The translations under genes were made by a program, and so were the position numbers. Of a DNA stretch of 64,000 bases, positions 38,272 through 50,200 are shown piece by piece. The stretch lies in the NCBI GenBank assembly GCA_040954595.2, contig CM082578.2, positions 5,810,831 to 5,874,830 on the forward strand, written 5' to 3'. Position 1 is the stretch's first letter. Each line of letters opens with the position of its first letter. Below the pieces are notes generated by a model that was not told the origin of the DNA, did no database searches, and saw only the letters and a list, made by a program, of their open reading frames with translations. This stretch comes from Balanoglossus misakiensis. Taxonomy: Eukaryota > Animalia > Hemichordata.

Positions 38272-40024
38272 TTAAAACATGCACGGCCTTGAATAATGTC
38301 TGCATAGCTGAAGACCCAGTGATAGACGCTTCCTATGCGATACACGAATGACAAAGCGAGTCTGGGAGAACACAGTATTCGAAAACAACGAAATATTTCT
38401 TCACCTAAGACATTGCTAAAAGCGTCCTAGGCTGATAATATTTTACGGACCTTTTAAAATAATCGCCTAATGATTATCGCGTGCAAAATGAATACCCGTC
38501 ACGTTCGCGGAATTATGTCCCTTACCGCCTAAGAGAATTAAAGCAAATCTTTCAAGTTAACGTAAAGCTGGGATGCTGAAGTAGACATGTTTTACGTTTT
38601 CAAGTACAGTAATTCTGAGAATTACCTTATTAAGTACCTTTTGCATTGTTAAAGCCCTTTTGCATTCCAAAAATTAGAATTTGTCTGCATGTACCATTGA
38701 AGCTCGTCCTTATAGCTGATGGAGAGGCAATTTAATTGAGGCCGAAAATGTTTTAACTTAATTGACATCTTTCAGCCCTATCAGTATATGTGTCTTTAAC
38801 ATTATGTCTTGCGCTTTGAAGTATATAGACAGGCCATTCATTGCTATATATTTTATGACAAGGTTTCAAATAAACTCGAACTAATGAGGTACTTTCAGTG
38901 TCATCTTTGTCCGGTGATTAGACATAATCCACTTCACCGATTTGCTGTGAGGACAGACATGATGTCAAACTGACATTAGAATAGTACTGTCTTTAAACTG
39001 TGTTCGTTCCCTATTATCCTTGGTATGTAATGAGAACTACCCTTTTGTCCGTGAGTACTGGTGCAGTATTTCTCGAAAATGCCAGCATCAAACCGAGGAG
39101 GGTTTGCATGTTTTTTTAGAGCAAACACATTCACGATGTCCAAGAACGTCAATGGGATGCCCACAATATTTTTATCGCTAATTTATATACACAGCAAGAA
39201 ATCTCAACAAGAAATTTCTACCAAATTACGACTAGCTTCCTATTATGGCCAAAGAGCGCCCTCCAAGGTGCGGTTATACTTGACCGACAATACCAAAAAA
39301 CCCATGTTTTACTTTATTCTCATGTAAATTCTATTTCGGTTAATGTTAATGACCGAAAGGATTTTGTACTGCCTCATCAGGTGTTACACTCATAGCACGT
39401 GCATGACCGAGTTACACGAAGACGTAATCAACTTTTGCTAGTGTACGTGACACAGATGCTCATTCCATAGAATTTTGAGACAACAGCGGTCAATTACTAG
39501 GAATGATTATTTTATAACCCAGAAGGTTTTGATGTTGCTGCAAAATATACCTTTTAGGTGGAATCTATGTACTTGTTCAAAAATTAATATAAAGACACTA
39601 GAAACCATTTTACCGAGTGTTTTACTTCAAGTGATTGATGATACATAAAGCGAGCGGGTTCATATGCACTTTTGATATCGGCAAATATGCATTGGTATAC
39701 ACATTGGTATACACAGCCGATTTGATTAACGTTTCCCTCTGTAGCCGGGCTAGCTTAAATGGGTCAGTAGAAAGAATAGTTAACAGACCGATACGACTAT
39801 ATTTTGTAATATATATATACATAAATATTTCGACTGACCCCTTTACATGTACATGTAAGCCCACAGAGGGTAAGGTTAATAAATTCATCCGTGTATACCA
39901 ATGCGTCTCGGCCGATATCAAAATGACATAAAGGTGTGAGATATGGTGTGTGCGCAGAACGCCTAACGGAGTAACGATCATGACGATCACACCCAGGTGC
40001 GGGCGTCCATAATGGTTATGTTAA

Positions 40025-40436
40025 GGATGTACGTTCAGTAAAATTGAAAGTATTGTCATTTCTTTTAATTGTGGATTTTTGGATTCTCCTTTGTATGTAT
40101 AATGAAAATCCGTGATAAAATATAGGGGTCACCGTGCTTGTTTTTGAAATACAGAGCCATGAATTTAGTCGATAATAGAAGCAATCTGCTGACTCCGCAT
40201 TTTTCACCAACGGTTTGTCTATGGGCAAATTTTTTAACGCGATTAGGGCATAATCTCAAAATAGAGCGCGGACCACACAATTTTATTTGACGAATGGATT
40301 TATATTGAGCTACATGTATGTGTAAAATTTCATGAATATGACAATAGAAGTTTGTTTTCCAGCAATTCTCAATGTAATCCTATGGGAAAAAGACACACGT
40401 ACACTGTTTGTCAGTTTATGTTCTGCGCGTACATCC
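40025..40436. mobile_element. MITE (TTAA/Kolobok-like) with TIR GGATGTACG, flanked by a 16-bp direct duplication
   Basis: GGATGTACG (40025-40033) / CGTACATCC (40428-40436). ATAATGGTTATGTTAA at 40009-40024 and 40437-40452. Internal GGGGTCACCGTGC. Confidence 0.75.
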
Positions 40437-43400
40437 ATAATGGTTATGTTAACACTGAAGCTTGGCGGTTATACATCCTCATTATCCCACTGAAAATCTT
40501 GTCAATATCAATTAACCACTGCTTTGATTCATGCACAGTATATCATCAGCCGCAGTGCCTATGTACCCCCTTTAATTGGATTCATTGCTTAGGGTTTGCC
40601 TCTCGAGATTGATATTTGCATGTTACTGTGTAAGAGTAATTAAAGGTATATAGAAGGTGTCATTGGTGATTTCAAGTGACTCAAAGTCAGTCATAATCTA
40701 CCGACGGACAGATGAATAAGGCAGTGCCTTTCATAAGATACGCTTTGGTTATACAGCATTCAGTCGGTATATAAGGCTATATCAATTCGTATGCATTTTG
40801 TAACGTCACTATTATCATACGTACTGAAAAGTGCCTTACATTTGACTGTTACTCCAATTATGCCACGTCAATTCAGCAATGAAAACTGACCTTCGGAGTA
40901 GATTCAGGGAATGTGCGACGCAAAAGGCACCACTTGAAACCTTTACAAGCAGTTAAATCACACTTTCGGAAATCACTCGGCATTCCGCTGTCAATCAATA
41001 TCTAATGAAGATGGAATTTCAAAGAACACTTGCTGTTTCGTGTCGCTGTATATGCGTTTAGGTCAGAAAGGAAACAGCGAAATTTAAGTTTGAAGATAGA
41101 CAACGCTCATGGGGCATTGAAATTTGGACACATTAAACAGACTAAAATACAGTAATCTTGCATATCAGTTCATGGCGACCATTTTGGAAAACATATTTTA
41201 ATAAGTAACAAATACGCTGTAATTGTATTAATTGGTCAACACTGAATCTTAACAGGAATTGAAAAATAGAATATATGGCATTATTTGGCGATTGAATTTA
41301 CTCAACAGAAAATCTTTCTGCCACTCTCTTCTGCGCTGTAAGATGAGATATAGAAACAGGCATGGGCATTAATGGAGTGCGTATGTGCACTGTGGAAGTT
41401 ATCGAAAATTATAAAACCAAATCGTAATGAGTAGAGAGACACCTCCGTTAGAAGCGATGTCTTATAATCGGAGGCGGCAGCTTTCAATATATGTATGTAA
41501 ATATAATGTGAAAAACCATGGAAACTATAAATGGACAACGGCACCCGGTAGATGCAGAAATGCATATTTCATCAGAACTTCATTTTTTCTTTTGTTGAAC
41601 CTTCGGATACCTGCCTTTGCTGTAATTAGGTTTTGCATCTAACCATATTAGAGCTACCGGTTTCCATGAAAGAGTTCAACATTAACAATTATCCCAATGA
41701 TTATAGGTCGTTCGCACGATAAGAAAAAATGTGGGCTTTATTTCAGCCAAGGTTAAACGTGAGATTTGCTAACGTCGGCTACCTGAGATATCGCTGATCA
41801 TTTCCTATCTGCAGTTAGGCCCTTGACGTCACCTCTATCGGCAATTACACACAAAACAAAAAGCATGCATGGAAATAGAGTACTTCTTGTTGTACATGGC
41901 GTATACACATTTCCTGTCAGAGAGCAAAGACTTAGTTCAATTGAACGCACTTTTAAGCAACCGTTTTACCGCTACGGGTACGATTTGGACAGATCTGTGT
42001 AATGTAGCAACACGCCAAATGTCATGATGTGGAATTCTTGTCACTGTCCTCTCTGTATCAACCCCCCTCCCCTTTGTAGGGGTCAATTGAACGTGGGAAT
42101 GTGAAGGAAGACATCTTACATCTACAGCTGAGCTGAATTTGTTAGTATAGTAGAAGTCAATGTTCGACACTTGTTGTTGACAATAAGCAATGATTTGAAT
42201 TTGAATGATTATAACTGGTAGTATATATACATTATTTTACATGTTAATAAGTGGGGATGGAGTGAGTCGTAATTTGATAAAAAGAATATACTTGTGTAAG
42301 ATGAGCGTATGCTGTTATTTGCCCAGTTAATGGAGTGCGACCATTATGACCCATCATCAATGTATCACGCTTTCCTGTGTTGAATTCACATACACTTGAC
42401 AGAGACATTTGATTCATTATAAGTATAGGCATTACAGATCCAGCAACTAAAAACTATACAGTAATGGTACTGGTTGTATTCCACTTTTATTAGTTTAATG
42501 GCCTGGCTGCACGTCTAGCTTCTTGTATCAGTACCGCATTATAAAAATAGCACTAGTGCCTGAAACGACACGGAAGCATATCCATGCTTGCGTACACAAT
42601 CTCATTAGAAAACACCATTAAACTTCAAATGCTAGCATTTCAGCAATCTCGTTATATCACTCATTATAGCGACACCGTGTCACCAGTTAGGTGTCACTGG
42701 TTCAGTTGTTCAATCTCAAATCGCACGTTTGATAGCCTCACTATATATGTCACACGTTGGGCGGCGTTACACCTATACAACCAGTGGATATAATTGTGAC
42801 TGTAGGCCTATATGTGCGAGTGTAATCATTAAAGGCAACGTTCTACAAACGAGCAAAGCTGTCATATAATCATGTATTTATTGCTTGTAGGTCAAATGGT
42901 CATATATTGAGAAAAAAAATGATCTAGCGAGTCTAAGGTTAAGGCACGGTGACATATTGCATCAATTGATCGCGAGGGCAAACTATTCAATAGCGTCATA
43001 AGATGTTTTATTCCCTGTCCCATAAAACATATTTCATGTCCTATTTACCTGGATTGTGGCGCGATAACATTGGCAAAGTTGAGAGGGGTTTTGGTTCTAT
43101 GATATGATTTTATGGGTTTACACGAGCATTAGGGTTTACATGACAGTGTGTGTATGGGGGAGTAACTCGGTACACGTTTATTCCCCTTGCACGCTGGGGT
43201 TATTCGCTATGTTCTACGAAGAGAGCAGAACAATCTTGTTGACTTAATGTTTCTGTCGAAGTTAAGATGATTTCAGGAATCATATTTAAACTAAGTTTGC
43301 GTTCTCTCCGGGTGCACTAAGACATTACATGGTTAAAGGATGTTGATGGCACGGCGGTGTACAGCTTATTACGGTAATATGCCATTCACAGCAGTGAGTG

Positions 43401-43928
43401 ATTAGTTTTGACGAATATCCTGAGCCTTAACGACAACACGCGATTCTCCGAATTTGGATTAGACGGTATTACCAACAAAGCTGGTGCGAACCCGTTGACA
43501 ATCACATAATTCAGCGAATATCTTTCTACGCATCTGACTCCCATTTTGTGTCATTTCGGTGTCACTGTGTAGATGGTTGCTATCAGCGAAACTAATTATA
43601 GTACATATCTTCAACGAACTGTCATTGTCACGTATAACGAAAAAATAAACTACAATGTACCTAACAATAGCAAATTATTAGAATAGCAGTGGTCATATGT
43701 ATCAATTTGCCTGTTAAGTCAATAGATTTTTAGGGAAATTATTATAGTTTTTAATCCGTGACTCATTCCAACACACCTCATACGCAGCCAGTGTTCTCAT
43801 TCGTCAATTGATAGTCACGTGGTGTACGTTCCCTTTGTGCTGTTGCCCGCCGGGCATCAGTTCCGAGAAATGATATACCCGCTCACTTCATGTTCTTAAG
43901 CATGGCTGCAGATGAGGTGTGTTACAAA

Positions 43929-44116
43929 ACACATATACTGATTGGCCTTTCGGACAAAAGAGTACGACTTTCATCCCTCGGGACTGTGGGTCACCCCCAA
44001 AAACAGACTGTTTCACTCAGCCTTCGGATTCGGGAAGCAGTCTGTTTTGTGGGGTGACTCACAATCCCTATGGTAACAGACGTATGCTGTCGCCCTCATG
44101 GCCAGTCAATATGTGT
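43929..44116. mobile_element. Palindromic non-autonomous element with central hairpin of about 89 nt
   Basis: Outer IR ACACATATACTGATTGGCC / GGCCAGTCAATATGTGT. Inner stem GGGACTGTGGGTCACCCCCAAAAACAGACTGTTTC / GAAGCAGTCTGTTTTGTGGGGTGACTCACAATCCC (43980-44068). Confidence 0.65.
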
Positions 44117-44396
44117 ATACTGTTGCCTCAAAAATAACCTTGTCGCCGATTTAGCTTGTAATAGTGGTAAATCTCATTTCCAACCATTGCGCTCCCCTTA
44201 GAAATCGATCATAGCTGAGCTGCATAACTGGCGTTTCGTGGGCCGCCGTCCCGTAAAGTTGCAGTAATTGGTTAGTCCGTTTATCAAACTACTGAAACGG
44301 GTGTACAGCAGGTCCACAAATGACGTAACCGATGAGGATAGGTCTTCCCGTAGCGTTACATCTTTACATCTAACTCGCTCTATTTTTTTTCCGCAG

Positions 44397-44513
44397 GTGA
44401 CCCTTGAGTTGAGCAAGTTCAAAGTGAATTGGCAATTGAACGATACGCGACTCCATAGATCGCTGCAGGATATTCTAATAAAAGCACTATGCACAGCTGG
44501 TGGCATTAAAATT
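44397..44513 (+). other. Candidate isolated 117-bp exon
   Basis: Branch point CTAAC (about 44370), polypyrimidine tract, CAG acceptor ending at 44396, GTGAGT donor at 44514. Frame 0 is open (VTLELSKFKVNWQLNDTRLHRSLQDILIKALCTAGGIKI). Confidence 0.35.
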
Positions 44514-45292
44514 GTGAGTTTAAGTGTATTCTAGCAGTGATCGGAAACCGCATTTTCTGTTCACTGTTAGCTTTCACGTTTCGACTAAATGCTGAACTGT
44601 GACGGATGTACCACACATCTGATGTGCTCGCAAACTATTCACTTTTTTAATTGTTTGTGCTCGATAGTGTCACCATAGAAACGGAATCCGTACACATTCA
44701 AAGCTTAAACAGAATTAGAATAGTCAGAGGCTCTTGAAACCAGAACTTACTGACAAGTACGCCTCCAGTTCTCAGACGAGGATGTATTCCTCATTAATCC
44801 TGAAGGTGAGACCATAGCATATCAAACATATCATCACATGTATAGGCCTATATAATGCATATTAATCGTACTTGCTTGTTTCTTGAGCACATGATTATTA
44901 AAACGCCTAGTTACTTGCCGTTCGTGATTTGTCTGTTTCGACTGTAGCCTATACATCGACTGAAACTTGGGAAATCAAAACGAAAAATGCTCGTGGAATC
45001 ATTGATCTAGGGACGGAGAGATCAGCATCGCCTCGAAGTACTTCGCTAATTGTCAAAAAACAGGAAGGCCTAAAGTGCTATTGATCAGTGCCAACCTTAT
45101 ACAATGTAAGCCCTGAACACTCACACGCTAACAAGATCCCATGTGTCCAAGAATTGTATTCCTTGGATTTCAAAATGTCCTGAATTACCGGTAGGCTATC
45201 TTGATGCTGCGAATCACTCATATAATGTGGCCAATTGAAATGGCAGTTTCTTGACATTGACTGATTGTGTTGCAGGTAGTAGTCCTCTGCAG

Positions 45293-45535
45293 TTACCACA
45301 GAATTCAAAATAGCTGCAACAAACGCCAAACTAGAAACACCGTATTTCTTTGATGCCAGCAACGCATTATCTCTGAAATTGTAACAACTTCACAATTTAG
45401 TAGACAAAGAGGCGCCCCCATCCCAATTGCGCAGTTGAAGTAGTGCGTGTTGAGAGAGACGTGTGAACAGAAAGGGGTAGGATACTCGACTCGAACGCGG
45501 ACGACGAGAGTTATTTAGCGTGTCGAATGCTGCTC
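45293..45535 (-). mobile_element. Dispersed repeat of about 243 bp (possibly tRNA-derived SINE), copy 1
   Basis: Reverse complement aligns along its whole length with 57966-58209 (e.g. AACAAACGCCAAACTAGAAACACCGTATTTCTTTGAT, TCACAATTTAGTAGACAAAGAGGCGCCCCC). Confidence 0.75.
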
Positions 45536-46854
45536 TAACACTTCCCCGAATATAAATGGCCTTGGTATTGTATTAAGACAAGAAATGGGGGGTGGGGGGT
45601 GGGGGGTTGTGTCTTTTAGATGAAACAAGGAACGCATGGTTAGAGTATAATGCTGCACGATTATACAATGTACCTAGATGCGGTATGGAAGGAGATATGG
45701 CGTTTATTTTACAGCTTCGGCACTAAAAATGAACGCCACAGTGACTGAAACCGCCCGTAAAAAATCACAGGACAAAAAAGTACAGGTTGCTGAACTTTTA
45801 GGTCTTTCGTTAATGACGAATGCCCTCCGATTTTATCTCTCACATTTTCGTTCAAACAAACGGCGCATAAAACCTGTCAGGTTTAATAGTCTTCCTCCAT
45901 ATACGTGCATTTATGAACAAATTGATTCATTCGCGCTTTGTTGGGCGCGCGCAGATAGACATAGATGAATACAAGCACTTTCCATGGAGTGTTCAGTCCG
46001 TGTGACATTTTATACGGTGTCGTGAACCAAGTAATTGTCACTATTACAGCCATTCGTCATTTCATTGAACTGAGACACGCAGACAGAATACCGATGGTCT
46101 GTCTCAAAGTGATGTTCCCGTTTTGTAGAATGTTAACCTCGCCGTATTAAGTAAAGTTTCTGTGGTTTGCATTTGCTCGAGCCAATATGCGCGCAAACAT
46201 GTGTTGGCTTTGTGAACGAGCGTAGTCTACATACTAGTAATTTATTTGATCTTTACTTTATTTGATTTTATCTCCTACAAGTATATATTGGCTGTGTATG
46301 AATAAACCCCATTATCTGTTTCCAACATTCGAACTTTCGGGGTTGGAATCGAGTGATTGATCTTTCAAGCACTAAAAAAGTAAGATATTCTTCTAATCAT
46401 GTTATTAGAATTTTTCTCCTCTATATCAACTCCAGTTTCTTGTTCCGCTGGGATGGATTTATGAAATATCCAGTATTTACTTATCAAGAACGTTTTTAAA
46501 TCTGTAACGGCCAATGTCCAAGTCAGGACTTGCATTTATTTTTTTCAAGAAAAATGCTGCATGATACTACAAAAGGGCTGTGTTTACAGAGTAAGAACAA
46601 CAAACTCGGTTGATGTTCGAAAACAAAATACTGAGAAATTGACCCAGCGTTGGCATTGCTGGAGAGTCCGTGAGAACATACATCCAAACGCACGGTATAT
46701 GTATCAATGCCCGCGTGGCTCGTTTGAATCAGGTATTTCCCATGCAGTCATGACATTTGAGATAGTGAGAATTATTCATCATCCTCGACTGACCCGTCGG
46801 CTTTGTCTCTGTCTCTGAAAATGTGTCGAATGCATACGGTGAGTTAATTACAAT

Positions 46855-47232
46855 AATAATAATAATAATATTTAATTCTTAAAAACGCACTCCACAAACG
46901 TCTCAGTGCGCTGAACACAAGTATTAAAAAGATACAAAAAACAACTACTGCAGTTACGAGTAAAACTTGTTAAAAAGATGGGTCTTCAAACAACGTTTAA
47001 AAGAAGTAGTATTTCTGGCACAACGAATTTCTGAAGGCAGTGCATTCCACAGCAAAGGGGCACATACCGAAAAAGCTCTCTGACCATAGGACTTATTAAA
47101 ATATCCGCGAGGAGGAGTTAAACGTAATTTCTCAGAAGATCGCAGATTTCTTGACGGTACGTACAGATCAATTAAATCGGTCAGATAAAGCGGTGCACCA
47201 CCTCTAACAATCTTAAAAGTAGTCAATAAAAT
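46855..47232 (-). mobile_element. 5'-truncated L2/CR1-group LINE: ORF2 C-terminus, 3' UTR and (ATT)n tail
   Basis: Translation ILLTTFKIVRGGAPLYLTDLIDLYVPSRNLRSS...SYGQRAFSVCAPLLWNALPSEIR...SFKRCLKTHLF is the typical post-RT C-terminus of L2/CR1-group ORF2. 3' stem-loop CGCACT...AGTGCG, (ATT)n tail, 7-bp TSD TTACAAT at 46848-46854 and 47233-47239. Confidence 0.93.
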
Positions 47233-50200
47233 TTACAATGTCCGTGACAAATTAAACGCTGGTATTTTCACCATATTGCTCTGTGTATCAGTTACAGTTT
47301 CCTATTATACTACGTCCTATGCACAGACTGCTCTTGTGTATAGCAGGCAATGATCAGAGTTCCTCACTATTTCCCGGAAGATAGGAACAATGCAAGAGAA
47401 ATTCGCGGAGACTTACCAACCTTGGCATCAGATCAAAGCAATTACCTATCGCCATGGATCGATGCCTTGCAAGAGTTGAGGGATTTCTGACCCACACCTG
47501 CCTGTGGTTCGTTTGAGACGATTTTTTCCCCAAAGTCATGACATTTGAGGTAACGCTTATTATTAATCCTGATCTGAACCCCCAGGCATGCACCGTCTCT
47601 ATGTCGATGAGTAATGCTCATTGAAGTAATAAGCTGATGTCACCATAGAGAGCCATGACATAGAACTAATAATTCTCTCCCATTCATTCATGAAAAGCAG
47701 TTTAGTTTAATTGCCCTCCCTAACATCCTTCCTGCCTTAATGTACCTGGCTACATAAAACTCTGCGTGTCTGTCTGCTTGTCGTCTAGTGTAAAATTTAT
47801 TCAATCCCTTTGTTAGTGAACTACAGCTAACATTTCCTAATTTTTTGAAAGTTATTAACGTAAATTAATGAGTATTTCCAGCATATCTTAAAACAAATAT
47901 GTAGATTTATAATAACAGATGTGGACAATTTGGCGCAAAATTTTTGTTTGAAGTTTCAACTATATATTTTCTTTTTGTACATTGAAGCAATTACCGTATG
48001 TACCATATGTACATGTATATCAAAGAACCAAGAAACACAAACGTGGGAAACATTAGTCCACGTTCAAGCTTATTTAGGTGTGCGGTGTATAGGCAATGAA
48101 GTAAAAGTAAGTACTCATTATGCACAACTGAATGGTAGAATAACGAAATCTAATGGGCTTGAATTCTTCATTAATAAATAATGACGTTTGAACCAAACGT
48201 TCACACAATTCCGAATCACTTACCACGTTCATCAGAACACAAGTCCGTGTTGTTTTATACAAACTTTTCTATCGGTATTGTTTTAGATAATACCACAAAA
48301 AGTGACACTTTTCGGTTAGAATCTATTATATACATGTAAGGTATATTGAAATGCCTGTTTTCCCGTTTAAATTTTGCGAATTGTTGTGTTTTCCTGTATC
48401 TTCTTGTGATTTCACTCTAAAGTATACATTGTTGAATTATGAGGTGAAAGCCTTTCTTTAACATTTTTTTCAAAGATATATCCTTTCCGATCCCTTTTAT
48501 TGTGTGGTATTTAAGCTGTTTGCCGTTGGCCGGAAATCACTTCAAGTCAACTTTGATGAAAATTTTATCCCCGACAATATACAAGCATTTACATATTGCT
48601 ACCCACACACGCTACATTCAGCAACGCTATTTATTTCGCATCGACCCGGAGGTAATTCCTGCTAATGAGTAAGAGCTAATAATTCAATGCTATAACCTTT
48701 TGTTTAATAAAACGCCCAATGTTTGTGACAGAAACAATGTGTGTCAACAGTGCGGCGCACCACCTCCATTTTGCCTTATCGGTTTATGGTCAATGGTGTG
48801 TGTCAAAACGCGTGAATTCGATCGAAGTTCATGTAGTCATGACGTATATGTGTAGTCCACGCCTTGTATTGTGAACCGCGGTGAGATGAGAGTCTTTTGC
48901 AGAGATTTCGGTAGCTGTAAAATAAGTCCAATATAGGGAACACTTTATCTTTTACTGCTATATTGATGTCATCATTACCGGCTATGCTTAATAGGCGCAA
49001 GGCTGACAGTGTTTATAAATCTCAGGAGTGGTTTACTAACTTACTCCGTTTTAATGCATCCTGGGGAATCATAACCATGAGTTAGTATCGTGTTGTCCTC
49101 GAGGAAGCATCTCAGCTAATCAATTGAGATTAGCCTGCTTTTTGCCTTTTATAGATGGCATGCCCTTTGGCTGAGATATATACACGTACATTTTTCAATG
49201 TTTAGCACCTATCTTGCAAACGTATAAATTAGGGTTATTGCACTGAGAAAAAAGATTGGTATCACCATGCAAGCGCATTTGGCAGGTATATAGTTGACAT
49301 GCAGAGCGTACATCTCCCAATCAGACGAACGCTGGTCGCATTATTGACATTTGACTTTAAAGTGTGACTGCTTCCTATTTTGAATTAAGCATGTATGACA
49401 TGTGCCACATGGGGCTGGATACGACCACGGCAGAATTCACTTATTATGTCCGAAGCAACTGACATCATTTTTTCACCATTTACCAGGGGTACATATGTAT
49501 TTCGCGGGCTTTGTGCTTCATTATTTTCGTTGTTGGCTGTCCGTAGAGAGTTGTGCTTTGTTGTTTTCCGTCTGTGTCTGTACTGAACTGGACCCATAAT
49601 ATGATGTCTGACTTAACGTAACTGCGCCTGAGCGCGTCTGACGTCATTTGATATCGAAGAATTCCTCCTGATATATTTTTCTCGCGTGACTTCCATGGTA
49701 ATGTGCTTTTCGGAAAAAAAAGACAAATGGTGGCCTTCACTATATATTTGATTGTTCAAACAGCAGATTACGAGGAGTCTTCTTTTTATGTATCACATAG
49801 AAAGCATTCGCGTGAATTATCACGGACCACCTTTGAGAGAGACATAAATCTAGCTTATTCGGGGCACTAAAGGAAACAAAACCATAAATTACAACTGGTA
49901 CATTTTATATATTTCTTTTCAAGCCGCCATGGCAAGGTTCGTGTAGTTGTCAATTCGCATGCAGATAGAGCTGTTAAATTGCTGCACAATGAATATATGT
50001 GAATTTCGTAACGTATCTAAGCATTAAAATTATACGAAATGGGATGAATTTTAAGTACACACAAGCATGACGATGAAGAAATAACTACTGTGGACCTTGT
50101 CCGGTTATAAATCTGGGTGACGTCAGATCTGTATCAACGAGACAAGTTTGTTGGTCCAGTAATAATGCACTTTGCTGCTCACCGGCACAAGGTTATACGA

